Source of the DNA: a virus
IMG/VR virus record: IMGVR_UViG_3300032246_001533
Coordinates: 6,580 to 70,579 of that record
Direction: 5' to 3' (one strand)
DNA: 64,000 nucleotides
Shown in pieces: positions 4,961-15,225 of this stretch. The position numbers were made by a program, and so were the translations under genes. The notes under the pieces were generated by a model, which had not been told where the DNA came from, did not search any database, and saw only the letters and a program-made list of their open reading frames with translations. Each line of letters begins with the position of its first letter. Positions within the stretch are counted from its first letter, which is position 1.

Positions 4961-5670
4961 TATGCGGAAACCAAGTTTGCCTTATCAAATACAGAATTTA
5001 CATAATGTGCAACTGTAGGATTTCCAAAAATTGGTTTATTCCATGTTTTTGGATTTCCTGCTCTGCTTGGCATTAAATGACTTGCAACCACTTTTTCCCA
5101 ATCACCGTACTTTTTGTAGTTATATTCAAGTTCATGAATAATCCTAGCATCTTGTACCCATTCTGGAGCGTCGCAGGCTGATTTATAGCCCATATAGTTA
5201 TCCCATGTAGAAGGCATGTATTGGTAGGCACCACATGCACTGCTGGAATAAGACTTTCGATGGTATGCCGTAGCACCGCCAGTTTCCACTGACTTAATTC
5301 CATTGGCAAGTCTTGATATTACAACCCGATGATCTACTCTGTCATTTTTTATATTTAGCTTTTTGCTATATTCGGGCATTAAAAAAGTTGTTCTAGAATG
5401 TAAATCATTAATAAAATAAAGATGCTTTACTGCTTTTTCTTTATTATTATTATTAATATAATCTATATATATAATATCTTTAATATTAACTAAGTTATTA
5501 TATTTATTAATATATAATATATTTTTATTATACACTATAACTTCTTTCATTTGAGCTTGTGCTGAATTATTTGTGGTAAATAATGCTGTGATAATCATCA
5601 CATTAATCATAAACCAAACTGTTTTTATCAGCATTTTACTTTCTATCCTTATTTTGTTCTCATTATTCAT
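4960..5670 (-). CDS. Lytic transglycosylase (SLT/lysozyme-like) with an N-terminal hydrophobic segment
   Basis: IKSVETGG...SSACGAYQYMPSTW motif; GGAGG RBS. Confidence 0.8.
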   Translation of the reverse strand: MNNENKIRIESKMLIKTVWFMINVMIITALFTTNNSAQAQMKEVIVYNKNILYINKYNNLVNIKDIIYIDYINNNNKEKAVKHLYFINDLHSRTTFLMPEYSKKLNIKNDRVDHRVVISRLANGIKSVETGGATAYHRKSYSSSACGAYQYMPSTWDNYMGYKSACDAPEWVQDARIIHELEYNYKKYGDWEKVVASHLMPSRAGNPKTWNKPIFGNPTVAHYVNSVFDKANLVSA

Positions 5671-5743
5671 TTTGAACCTCCTGGGGAAAGAGTAGCAATA
5701 TCAATACTATCATGATACAATTGGAAAAACAAGTCGGGAGCGT

Positions 5744-6745
5744 ATGAAAGTCTCATTTACTGGTGCCCCAGAATACATGGATCGCAATGTAGGCTACGGT
5801 GAAGCATCATTTCATATATTTAAAGAATTTAAAAAAAATGATATTGAGTGTGTAATTGGTGATCCTTTTGCAAATATAGGTATATCTTTTATTCAACCAA
5901 ATCTTTATTCATTTGGAAAAAAACAATATAAAATAGGATATACTCCATGGGAGTCAACAGATGTTTTTTTTCAATGGAAAAAACCATTAATGGAAAATAT
6001 TGATGAACTTTGGACAACATCTACTTGGTGTGCAAATATTTTTAAACAGCATACCAATAAACCAATTTTTGTTTACCCACATGGTGTAAATCAAGATTGG
6101 GTTCCAGTTAAAAGAAATATTAATAAAGACAGACCATTTAGATTTTTACATATTGGAGACCCAGCATTTAGAAAAGATGCTCAAATGGTTGTTGATGCAT
6201 TTATATCTTTATATGGAGATGATCCAAATTATGAATTAATATTAAAATGTAGTGGAATGTCAATTGTAAAAGTTTATGATCCTATTACTGGAAGCATACT
6301 TGGAACCCCCTCAACTTTTTATAAAAATATAAAAATTATTGAAAGCATGCTTTCTACAGAACAAATAAACGGATTATATGATCTTTGTGATGTATTTGTT
6401 TATCCCTCTTGGGGAGAAGGATTTGGATTTAACCCACTTCAAGCTATGTCTAAAGGTATACCAACTATATGCACTGCAGACTGGGCCATGTATAAAGATT
6501 ATATAACCGCACCGCTAGATTCTGTTTGGTATCCGTCACCTTGGCAAACAACTCATCCAGGATTAATGTTAAAACCAGATTATTCACAATTAAAATTTTA
6601 CTTAAAAGATATTGTAGAAAATTATAAATCTTATAGTGCAATTGCCTATAAAAATGCTTTCTTAATACATGGAGAGTACAATTGGAAAAAAGTTTCAAAA
6701 CCAGCTATAGAAAGATTAAAAGAAATTCAAAAATCTAATTTTTGA
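5744..6745 (+). CDS. GT4-family (GT-B) glycosyltransferase
   Basis: YTPWES; DVFVYPSWGEGFGFNPLQAMSKG (E-x7-E-like motif with Q in the second position). Confidence 0.85.
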   Translation: MKVSFTGAPEYMDRNVGYGEASFHIFKEFKKNDIECVIGDPFANIGISFIQPNLYSFGKKQYKIGYTPWESTDVFFQWKKPLMENIDELWTTSTWCANIFKQHTNKPIFVYPHGVNQDWVPVKRNINKDRPFRFLHIGDPAFRKDAQMVVDAFISLYGDDPNYELILKCSGMSIVKVYDPITGSILGTPSTFYKNIKIIESMLSTEQINGLYDLCDVFVYPSWGEGFGFNPLQAMSKGIPTICTADWAMYKDYITAPLDSVWYPSPWQTTHPGLMLKPDYSQLKFYLKDIVENYKSYSAIAYKNAFLIHGEYNWKKVSKPAIERLKEIQKSNF

Positions 6746-6798
6746 AAAAAATATATGATACACTTAAGTTCTTAATAATTTAAATCTCAGGAGATAAC

Positions 6799-8730
6799 AT
6801 GTCTAACACAATTAAAAACCCATATGAAAACTTTATCGCTCTTTCACGTTACGCCCGTTGGCTTGAATCAGAAAATCGCAGAGAAACATGGGGTGAAACT
6901 GTAGACCGTTACTTTAAGTTTATGGTTATTCAGTTGCGTGAAAAACATGGATATTTTCCAGATGATAAAGTTATTGCAGAACTTCGTGATGCAGTATTTA
7001 ATAGAAACGTAATGCCATCAATGCGCTCCGTGATGACTGCGGGACCAGCGTTAGAAAGAGAAAATATTTCTGGATACAATTGCGCTTTTATTCCAGTAGA
7101 TAATCCTAAATCATTTGATGAAGCAATGTATATTTTAATGTGCGGTACGGGTGTTGGTTTTTCAGTAGAGTATAAATACATTAATAAATTGCCAATTTTA
7201 CCAGAGACATTAGAAAAAAGTAATACAGTTGTAATTGTTTCAGATTCAAAAGAAGGTTGGGCAAAAGCTTATCGTGAATTTCTTTCATTGCTTTGGGCGG
7301 GCCAAATTCCACAAATTGATATTAGTAAAGTAAGACCTGCGGGAGCAAGACTTAAAACAATGGGTGGTAGATCATCTGGGCCACAACCGCTTGTTAATCT
7401 TTTTGACTTTACAATTAAAATTTTTAAGGGAGCGCTTGGTCGCCAACTTAAGCCAATCGAAGCACATGACATTATGTGCAAAGTTGGAGAAGTAGTTGTT
7501 GTTGGAGGGGTTCGTCGTTCAGCATTAATTTCTCTTTCTAATATTAATGATATTGAAATGGCAGCAGCAAAAGCTGGCAATTGGTGGGAATCAAACGCTC
7601 AACGTGCCCTAGCCAATAATTCTGTTGCATATTCTCGCAAGCCAGAAATGGCACAATTTATTGCAGAGTGGAAATCATTATATGATTCAAAATCAGGCGA
7701 ACGAGGTATTTATAACGTTGCAGCAGCACAAGCTCAAGCAGCAAAGTATGGAAGACGCAGTGAAGATATTCACTACGGCACTAATCCGTGTTCAGAAATT
7801 ATTTTACGCCCTTATCAATTTTGTAATCTTTCAGAAGTTGTACTTCGTGAAAAAGACACAATTGAAGATGTAAAAAATAAAGTTAAACTTGCAACAATCC
7901 TTGGAACCTGGCAATCAACTCTTACAGACTTTAAATATATTCGTAAAATTTGGAAAGATAACACAGAAGAAGAACGATTGCTAGGAGTTTCTCTTACAGG
8001 TCAATTTGGACATAAGTTCTTTTCTGGACAAGAAGGCTCTGAAAAACTTGCTAAGGTATTAGATGATTTTCGTGAGTATTCAGTAACAATTAACGTGGCA
8101 GAGGCAGAGAAAATTGGGATTCCAGCTTCAGCAGCAATTACATGCGTAAAGCCATCAGGAACAGTTTCTCAATTGGTCGGGGTGAGCTCGGGAATGCATC
8201 CATGGCATTCAGAGTACTATATTAGAACAGTTCGTGGAGATAAAAAAGATCCTATTACACAATTTCTTATTGATTCAGGAATTCCAGCAGAAGATGATGT
8301 AATGAAACCACAAGATACAGTTGTTTTTTCATTTCCAGTAAAAGCTCCAGAATATGCAATTACTCGTGATAAGGTTAATGCAATTCAACAACTTGAAATT
8401 TGGCTTACATATCAACGCCATTGGTGCGAGCATAAGCCTTCTGTAACAATTACAGTTAAAGAAGATGAATGGATGGAAGTTGGTGCTTGGGTTTATAAGC
8501 ACTTTGATGAATGTTCGGGAATTTCATTTTTGCCATATTCAGACCATACATACGTACAAGCTCCATATCAAGAAATTGATAAAAAAGCATACGACACCCT
8601 TTTAGAAAAAATGCCTAAAGATATAAATTGGACAGCTTTATCACTTTATGAGCTTGAAGATTCTACTACTGGCTCCCAGGCCCTAGCGTGTGTTTCTGGT
8701 GAATGTGAAATTGTAGATATTAACAAATAA
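6799..8730 (+). CDS. nrdJ: Class II (adenosylcobalamin-dependent) ribonucleotide reductase
   Basis: YNCAF, GGVRRSA, TNPCSEI, VKPSGT motifs and a C-terminal CVSGEC pair; no beta-subunit gene nearby. Confidence 0.9.
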   Translation: MSNTIKNPYENFIALSRYARWLESENRRETWGETVDRYFKFMVIQLREKHGYFPDDKVIAELRDAVFNRNVMPSMRSVMTAGPALERENISGYNCAFIPVDNPKSFDEAMYILMCGTGVGFSVEYKYINKLPILPETLEKSNTVVIVSDSKEGWAKAYREFLSLLWAGQIPQIDISKVRPAGARLKTMGGRSSGPQPLVNLFDFTIKIFKGALGRQLKPIEAHDIMCKVGEVVVVGGVRRSALISLSNINDIEMAAAKAGNWWESNAQRALANNSVAYSRKPEMAQFIAEWKSLYDSKSGERGIYNVAAAQAQAAKYGRRSEDIHYGTNPCSEIILRPYQFCNLSEVVLREKDTIEDVKNKVKLATILGTWQSTLTDFKYIRKIWKDNTEEERLLGVSLTGQFGHKFFSGQEGSEKLAKVLDDFREYSVTINVAEAEKIGIPASAAITCVKPSGTVSQLVGVSSGMHPWHSEYYIRTVRGDKKDPITQFLIDSGIPAEDDVMKPQDTVVFSFPVKAPEYAITRDKVNAIQQLEIWLTYQRHWCEHKPSVTITVKEDEWMEVGAWVYKHFDECSGISFLPYSDHTYVQAPYQEIDKKAYDTLLEKMPKDINWTALSLYELEDSTTGSQALACVSGECEIVDINK

Positions 8731-8790
8731 TCTATGATTTATATTTACAAAATGCTATAATCATATTAAATAATTTGTTTTGGGGGCATA

Positions 8791-9141
8791 ATGGCTGTAG
8801 ACTCAGATAATCCTGTAAACTTTAGAGTTACTCAAGGTGAAACTTTTTCATTGCAGTTAGAATATCAAGACCCAACAGAAAATCCAATAAATATATCTGA
8901 TTATACTATTGTTTTTACTGCTAAAAATAAACCCCAAGGAAAAACAACTTGTGCAACTTGCACAATAGGCGATGGAGTAGATATGTCTCGTGCAAATCAA
9001 GGCATAATTAACTTAACTGTATCTTCAAGCAAAACATCTCTTTTTGTTTATCCAAGAACACATTATCAAATTAAAGCCAGAGATCCATATTCATCAGACT
9101 TTGTTCTTTTGCAAGGATGGTTTGAGGTAACAGCGGGGTAA
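8791..9141 (+). CDS. Ig-like virion attachment protein (BppU-N-like)
   Basis: QGETFSLQLEYQD...PINISDYT beta-sandwich pattern; first gene after the promoter at 8753-8761. Confidence 0.55.
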   Translation: MAVDSDNPVNFRVTQGETFSLQLEYQDPTENPINISDYTIVFTAKNKPQGKTTCATCTIGDGVDMSRANQGIINLTVSSSKTSLFVYPRTHYQIKARDPYSSDFVLLQGWFEVTAG

Positions 9142-9142
9142 A

Positions 9143-9421
9143 ATGACAAATATAATTGTAGTAAGAGCTTTAGGAGCAAGAGGACCACAAGGACCATCAG
9201 GTGCCACAAGTGGCTTCAATACATCTTTAGTCTCATATAAATTTGAACAACAATCTGCAGTAAATATTTGGAATATTACTCACAATTTAAATTTTAATCC
9301 AAATATTACAGTTTTGGATTATAGCGGAAATACTATAGAATGTGATATAAGTCACGTTAGTGCTAACCAAGTTAGACTAACATTTTCTAGCGTGGTTTCT
9401 GGTTATGCGTATTTATCATAA
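9143..9421 (+). CDS. Small fibre connector: short GxY stretch plus a C-terminal THNL beta domain
   Basis: GARGPQGPSG; WNITHNLNFNPNITV. Confidence 0.65.
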   Translation: MTNIIVVRALGARGPQGPSGATSGFNTSLVSYKFEQQSAVNIWNITHNLNFNPNITVLDYSGNTIECDISHVSANQVRLTFSSVVSGYAYLS

Positions 9422-9456
9422 CAAAAAAATAAAAATATAAGGGGTGTTTAAACACA

Positions 9457-10938
9457 ATGGCAAAAAAGTTTTTAGTAAATATAGATCTAGCAGGTAATCA
9501 ATTACTCAATGCAGTAATTCAACCTCAAAGCACAGCCCCAGCTAATCCCGTTACAGGTCAAATTTATTTTGACACCGCGTTAGGATACTTACGCACATGG
9601 ACAGGATCTGCATGGGTTAATACAAGCCAAGGCGCACAAGGTACAACTGGCGCACAAGGTACACAAGGCGTTCAAGGAACACAGGGTATTCAAGGTACTC
9701 AAGGTATTACAGGTTCCCAAGGAACAACTGGTACACAAGGTATTACAGGTTCCCAAGGAACTACAGGCGCTCAGGGAACAACTGGAACTACGGGTAGCCA
9801 AGGTACAACTGGCGCACAAGGTACACAAGGCGTTCAAGGAACACAGGGTATTCAAGGTACTCAAGGTACACAGGGTATCCAAGGAACAACTGGTGCTCAA
9901 GGTACTACTGGTACCCAAGGTACAACTGGTACAACTGGTTCCCAAGGAACAACTGGTGCTCAAGGTATTACAGGTACCCAAGGTATAACTGGTACACAAG
10001 GTATTACAGGTTCCCAAGGAACACAAGGTATTCAAGGTACGCAAGGTACACAGGGTATCCAAGGAACAACTGGTGCTCAAGGTATTCAAGGAACTACAGG
10101 TTCACAGGGTACAACTGGTACTCAAGGAATCCAAGGCGTTCAAGGTATTCAAGGACAAAATGCTGGTATTACATCAGTTGGTTCAGGCTTAACTTTAACT
10201 ACAGGTACTCTTTCAGTTGATACAACAACTATTGCAACAAGAGCATACGTAGATGCAACTGCAACTGGACTAGATGTTAAGGCATCAGTTCGTGCAGCAA
10301 CTACTGCTAATGGAACTCTTGCTACAGCCTTTGCTAACGGTCAAGTTATTGACGGTGTAACACTTGCAACTGGCGATAGAATCCTTCTTAAGAATCAAAC
10401 AACTGGTGCTGATAATGGTATCTACACTGTTAACGCTTCAGGCGCACCAACCCGTGCAGAAGATGCAAATACAAGTGCAGAAGTTACAGCAGGATTATTT
10501 ACCTTTGTATCAGAAGGTACAGTTAACGGTAATGCGGGATTTGTATTAACAACAGATGACACCATTACTCTTGGAACAACAGCGCTAGTATTTACACAGT
10601 TCTCTGGCGCTGGAGCGTACACAGCAGGTGCTGGTCTTACACAGTCTGGTACAACATTTAATGTTGGTGCTGGAACAGGTATAACTGTAAACGCTGATGA
10701 TGTAGCAATTAATACATCAGTTGTTGTACGTAAGTCCTCAACAACAGTTGGAAATGGCTCAAGTTTAACATTTGCAGTAACACACAATTTTAACTCTGAT
10801 GTTGAAGTTGCAGTTTATGAAACAGCAACAGGCATAAAAGTTGAAACAGATGTTACTTTAACAAGTTCAAATGTTGCAACAGTTGGTTTTGCAACAGCTC
10901 CAACTAGCAATCAATATACAGTTGTAATTCAAGGATAA
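9457..10938 (+). CDS. Collagen-like fibre protein with C-terminal globular domains
   Basis: Long uninterrupted G-X-Y run (GTQ/GTT/GIQ); DGVTLATGDRILLKNQ domain; terminal VTHNF domain. Confidence 0.85.
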   Translation: MAKKFLVNIDLAGNQLLNAVIQPQSTAPANPVTGQIYFDTALGYLRTWTGSAWVNTSQGAQGTTGAQGTQGVQGTQGIQGTQGITGSQGTTGTQGITGSQGTTGAQGTTGTTGSQGTTGAQGTQGVQGTQGIQGTQGTQGIQGTTGAQGTTGTQGTTGTTGSQGTTGAQGITGTQGITGTQGITGSQGTQGIQGTQGTQGIQGTTGAQGIQGTTGSQGTTGTQGIQGVQGIQGQNAGITSVGSGLTLTTGTLSVDTTTIATRAYVDATATGLDVKASVRAATTANGTLATAFANGQVIDGVTLATGDRILLKNQTTGADNGIYTVNASGAPTRAEDANTSAEVTAGLFTFVSEGTVNGNAGFVLTTDDTITLGTTALVFTQFSGAGAYTAGAGLTQSGTTFNVGAGTGITVNADDVAINTSVVVRKSSTTVGNGSSLTFAVTHNFNSDVEVAVYETATGIKVETDVTLTSSNVATVGFATAPTSNQYTVVIQG

Positions 10939-10951
10939 TAATAAATTGTAA

Positions 10952-10977
10952 GGCGGGGAGTTTAAAAGCTCCCCGCC
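10952..10977 (+). terminator. GC-rich hairpin between fibre genes (no U-tract)
   Basis: GGCGGGGAG-TTTAAAAG-CTCCCCGCC. Confidence 0.6.
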
Positions 10978-10993
10978 CCAATAAGGAGATAAG

Positions 10994-11686
10994 ATGGCTA
11001 AATTTTTAACACCAATTCTTTATCCTATATTATCTTCAACACCTACATCAACAATAGGTGCAACTTATTACGATACAAGATATAAAGCAGTAATGCTTTA
11101 TGATGGAACAGATTGGAATCCTCTACAAGGCGTACAAGGCGCAACTGGTTCAAATGGCGTACAAGGAACTACAGGTTTACAAGGCACAACAGGTTCTCAA
11201 GGAATTCAGGGAATAATTGGTTCTCAAGGCATTACGGGTACAACGGGTGTCCAAGGTGCGACAGGAACTCAAGGTGTTCAAGGTGTTATTGGCGATGATG
11301 GGTTTGTCTCTCAACCAACTGCGCCAACAAATACAAGTTTATTATGGCTTGACACAGCTTCTCCAGCTGATACAACAATTCTTTCGTTTAATGCACAGGT
11401 TGGAACAGCCTATACACTTGGTAGCGGTGATGTTGGTAATCTTGTTACAGCATCAAACGCAAGTGCTATAACTATTACGGTTCCCCCTAGCGTTTTTTCA
11501 ACTGGACAAATAGTAAACGTTCAACAAACAAACACAGGACAAGTTACATTTGCTCAAGGAGTTGGTGTAACTATAACTTCTACTGGCGCAACATCTAGTG
11601 CGCCAAAAATACGTACACAGTATTCAGCAGTTACAGTTATATGTACTGGTACTAATACTTTTACAATTATAGGAGACACAGTCTAA
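10994..11686 (+). CDS. Short collagen-like fibre protein
   Basis: G-X-Y block and C-terminal beta domain; AAGGAG RBS. Confidence 0.85.
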   Translation: MAKFLTPILYPILSSTPTSTIGATYYDTRYKAVMLYDGTDWNPLQGVQGATGSNGVQGTTGLQGTTGSQGIQGIIGSQGITGTTGVQGATGTQGVQGVIGDDGFVSQPTAPTNTSLLWLDTASPADTTILSFNAQVGTAYTLGSGDVGNLVTASNASAITITVPPSVFSTGQIVNVQQTNTGQVTFAQGVGVTITSTGATSSAPKIRTQYSAVTVICTGTNTFTIIGDTV

Positions 11687-12522
11687 TGCCTATAAATAAA
11701 CCATTGCTTGGAACTTTTGCATATAAAAAAGCTGCCACAGTAACAGGTGGTACCTTAACCTCTGATGCAACTTATTATTACAGAACTTTTACAACAACTG
11801 GAACTTTTACAGTATCAACTAGTTCACTAACAGCAGATATTTTGGTAGTAGCTGGCGGTGGCGGTGGAGGTCGTTCTGACCGAGGTGGGGGCGGTGGTGG
11901 AGCTGGTGGTCTTTTGTACTTTTCAAATCAAACACTTACCCCAACTGGTTATGGAATTACAGTAGGTACTGGAGGCCCAGCTGCAACAGCAAGCGTAACT
12001 ACAGGTACTAGTGGAACTAACTCACAGTTTGGTTCTTTTACTGCAGCTATTGGTGGAGGTGGTGGAGGTAGAGATAATACGACTGCATTAACAGGCGGTT
12101 CAGGTGGTGGTCAAGGACATCAAGGACAAAGTACTAACGCTGCAGGAACTGCGGGTCAAGGAAACCAAGGTGGAAGAGGTATAGATGGCGGAGCAAGCTT
12201 ATGGTACAACGGTGGAGGTGGTGGTGGTGCAGGAGGCGCGGGAGGTAATGCAACCTCAACCGCAGCTGGTGCTGGAGGAATTGGACTTGCTTACTTTGGA
12301 ACCACTTACGCAATTGGCGGTGGCGGAGGGGCACAAATAGGTACCTCTACTGGTACTGGCACTGCTGGATTAGGTGGAGGTTCTGCAACTGTTGCTGGAG
12401 CAGCAAATAGAGGTTGTGGGGGTGGCGGTGGTACTGGCACAAATGCTGGAAACGTAGCTGCTGGAGCTGGCAGTGGAGGCGTAGTAGTAGTTCGCTACAC
12501 AAGAGCACAGGTGGGTGGATAA
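11686..12522 (+). CDS. Glycine-rich (polyglycine-II-type) fibre tip / adhesin-like protein
   Basis: [11 protein letters not shown]...GGGGGAGG...[10 protein letters not shown]. Confidence 0.8.
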   Translation: MPINKPLLGTFAYKKAATVTGGTLTSDATYYYRTFTTTGTFTVSTSSLTADILVVAGGGGGGRSDRGGGGGGAGGLLYFSNQTLTPTGYGITVGTGGPAATASVTTGTSGTNSQFGSFTAAIGGGGGGRDNTTALTGGSGGGQGHQGQSTNAAGTAGQGNQGGRGIDGGASLWYNGGGGGGAGGAGGNATSTAAGAGGIGLAYFGTTYAIGGGGGAQIGTSTGTGTAGLGGGSATVAGAANRGCGGGGGTGTNAGNVAAGAGSGGVVVVRYTRAQVGG

Positions 12523-14867
12523 TGCCTCAACTTAAATACTGGAACGGTTCTGCTTGGGTTAATGCCGTCATTGGCGCACAAGGTGTATCTGGAAGCACTG
12601 GTACTCAAGGTACACAAGGCACTACTGGTATTCAAGGTATTCAGGGAACACAAGGAGTACAAGGTACTACTGGCATCCAAGGCATAACAGGTACTCAAGG
12701 TACTCAAGGCCTTACAGGTTTGCAGGGTACTCAAGGAACAACAGGTTCACAAGGAATCACTGGTTCTCAAGGTACTACAGGTACTACAGGTTCTCAAGGA
12801 ATTCAGGGAATAATTGGCTCTCAAGGCATTACGGGTACAACGGGTGTCCAAGGTACCACTGGTTCTCAAGGAACTACTGGTACAACTGGTAGCCAAGGTA
12901 CCACTGGAACCCAGGGAACTACGGGCACAACTGGAAATCAGGGAACTCAAGGAATTACTGGTAGCCAAGGTACTACAGGAACTCAAGGTACTACAGGAAC
13001 TCAAGGTACTACAGGACAAAACGGTAACTTTGGTGGAGCAACTTTTGACTACACTTACAGCACAACTACAACAGCAGCAGATCCTGGCACAGGGAATGTT
13101 AGATTTAACAATGCAACTTTAGCGTCAGCAACTGCAGTATACTTAGATGCAAGCAATGATGCTTCAACTGATATATCATCTTTCCTTAACACTATTGGAA
13201 CTTCGACTTCTACACTAAAGGGTCACTTCCGTATGTCAAAGAAATTTGACGCTAATACATTTGCACTTTTTACAATTTCTTCAGTAACAAACAACACGGG
13301 TTGGTTTACTGTAAATGCATCGTATGTATCTGGTAGCGGAACATTTACAAACTCAGATGATATTATTATCACTTTTGCTCGCACAGGTGATAAGGGTGAC
13401 ACTGGTGCACAAGGAACAACAGGCGCTCAAGGCGCAACAGGTTCCCAAGGAACACAAGGAATTCAGGGAACTAACGGAACACAGGGTACACAAGGCACAC
13501 AGGGCATTCAAGGACGCTCACACCTTAACGTAACTTCTACAACATCTACAACAATTGGAACAGGCTCTAAAGTATTTGGGGTTACAAACTCTGGTGATTT
13601 CCAAACTGGTGAGTATGTAATTGTTACAAATACAGGTACCCCTACCAACTTTATGTTTGGTCAAGTAACTGCAGTATCTTTAGATAGCACTATTACTGTA
13701 AACGTCACTTTGACAGGTGGTTCAGGAACACTTGCTGCTTGGACATTTGCATCCAGCGGTCTACAAGGTACAACAGGTACAACAGGCGCACAAGGTACAA
13801 CAGGTACAACAGGCGCACAAGGTACAACAGGTACAACAGGCGCACAAGGTACAACAGGTACAACAGGCGCACAAGGTACAACAGGCGCAATAGGTGCACA
13901 GGGCGCAATTGGTTCAACTGGATCACAAGGCACCACAGGTTCAACGGGCGCACAAGGCACCACAGGTTCAACGGGCGCACAAGGCACGACTGGTTTAACA
14001 GGCTCTCAAGGAACCATTGGTTCACAGGGTTCAACGGGCGCACAAGGAACTCAAGGTGTTCAAGGAACACAAGGTACAACAGGTGCCACAGGATCACAAG
14101 GTACAACAGGTACTACGGGTGCTCAAGGTACAATTGGCTCAACTGGTACACAAGGAGCAATTGGTACAACTGGTTCTCAAGGTACAAATGGTACACAAGG
14201 TACAACTGGTTCTCAAGGCACAACAGGTTTACAAGGTGTTCAAGGAACAGCAAGCGATAGATATGCTACTACATCAACTACATCTTTTGCTCTTTCTGGC
14301 ACGGGATCAACAACAATAACAGTAGGAATAAACTTAAACTACTCTATTGGACAAAACATTGTTGCAGCAGCAGATGCTACACATATTGTTTATGGAACAG
14401 TAACAGCATATACACCAGGAACTGGATCTTTAACATTTACAAATGATAGAGCTGTTGGAACTGGAACATTTGCAGCTTGGACAGTTAACCTAGATGGAGC
14501 AGTTGGTATTCAAGGTCAACAAGGTCCTCAAGGTGTTCAAGGTGTTCAAGGTACAACAGGAATTCAGGGTACACAAGGTACAAATGGTACACAAGGTGCA
14601 ATTGGTTCAACTGGTGCACAAGGTGCAATTGGTGCAACAGGATCACAAGGTGTACAAGGAACAACTGGTATTCAAGGATTTACTGGCACAACAGGTGCAC
14701 AAGGCACAACTGGTTCTCAAGGTACAACGGGTGCTGGTACACAAGGATTAACTGGTACACAAGGAAGCACGGGAACACAAGGTATTCAAGGCCCACTTCC
14801 TTCTGGTTATGCAACAGCAGTAAACTTAAGTAACTTAGAAATTTTAACTTTAATGTCAGCAAGATAA
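12522..14867 (+). CDS. Long collagen-like fibre with three inserted globular domains
   Basis: Start reassigned to ATG 12522 (TAATG coupling, [12 protein letters not shown]); four G-X-Y blocks. Confidence 0.85.
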   Translation: MPQLKYWNGSAWVNAVIGAQGVSGSTGTQGTQGTTGIQGIQGTQGVQGTTGIQGITGTQGTQGLTGLQGTQGTTGSQGITGSQGTTGTTGSQGIQGIIGSQGITGTTGVQGTTGSQGTTGTTGSQGTTGTQGTTGTTGNQGTQGITGSQGTTGTQGTTGTQGTTGQNGNFGGATFDYTYSTTTTAADPGTGNVRFNNATLASATAVYLDASNDASTDISSFLNTIGTSTSTLKGHFRMSKKFDANTFALFTISSVTNNTGWFTVNASYVSGSGTFTNSDDIIITFARTGDKGDTGAQGTTGAQGATGSQGTQGIQGTNGTQGTQGTQGIQGRSHLNVTSTTSTTIGTGSKVFGVTNSGDFQTGEYVIVTNTGTPTNFMFGQVTAVSLDSTITVNVTLTGGSGTLAAWTFASSGLQGTTGTTGAQGTTGTTGAQGTTGTTGAQGTTGTTGAQGTTGAIGAQGAIGSTGSQGTTGSTGAQGTTGSTGAQGTTGLTGSQGTIGSQGSTGAQGTQGVQGTQGTTGATGSQGTTGTTGAQGTIGSTGTQGAIGTTGSQGTNGTQGTTGSQGTTGLQGVQGTASDRYATTSTTSFALSGTGSTTITVGINLNYSIGQNIVAAADATHIVYGTVTAYTPGTGSLTFTNDRAVGTGTFAAWTVNLDGAVGIQGQQGPQGVQGVQGTTGIQGTQGTNGTQGAIGSTGAQGAIGATGSQGVQGTTGIQGFTGTTGAQGTTGSQGTTGAGTQGLTGTQGSTGTQGIQGPLPSGYATAVNLSNLEILTLMSAR
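13764..13885 (+). repeat. Perfect 27-bp tandem repeat, four copies plus a partial (QGTTGTTGA)
   Basis: CAAGGTACAACAGGTACAACAGGCGCA repeated. Confidence 0.9.
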
Positions 14868-14922
14868 TGTGTCTTTATAAAAAGATATGTTATAATTTAA
14901 TCTATATAGGGGGTAGTAACTA

Positions 14923-15225
14923 ATGGCTACAACATCTAAACAAATGTTTATTGGGGCAGCAAGCCTTACAGACACAACGCTTTACACAGTTCCATCTTCA
15001 ACAACTTCAGTAGTAACAGAAATAGTTGTTGCAAATACAGCGGGGACAGCAGCAACATTTACAATTAATCTTAAAGGAACAGCTATGGCTGGAACTACAG
15101 CAATTGCAGCAAACTCAACAACTGTAATTGATATTAAGCAAGTTCTAAATACAACAGAAACAATTACAGGCTCTGCATCTGCAACAACTGTTAAATTCTT
15201 TATTTCAGGAGTGGAGATCGCATAA
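14923..15225 (+). CDS. 100-aa beta-rich fibre accessory/adaptor protein
   Basis: TTLYTVPSSTT...FISGVEIA; own promoter at 14888-14896. Confidence 0.7.
   Translation: MATTSKQMFIGAASLTDTTLYTVPSSTTSVVTEIVVANTAGTAATFTINLKGTAMAGTTAIAANSTTVIDIKQVLNTTETITGSASATTVKFFISGVEIA

Noticed and set aside
13764-13990. 27-bp repeats as a possible CRISPR array
   Set aside because: The repeats are head-to-tail with no spacers, lie in frame within a collagen gene, and no cas genes are present
9589-14862. Many alternative-frame and antisense ORFs in the ORF track (Cys/Leu/Arg-rich repeats)
   Set aside because: They are shadows of the G-X-Y codon periodicity and have no RBS or independent signal; the same applies at 24669-25318
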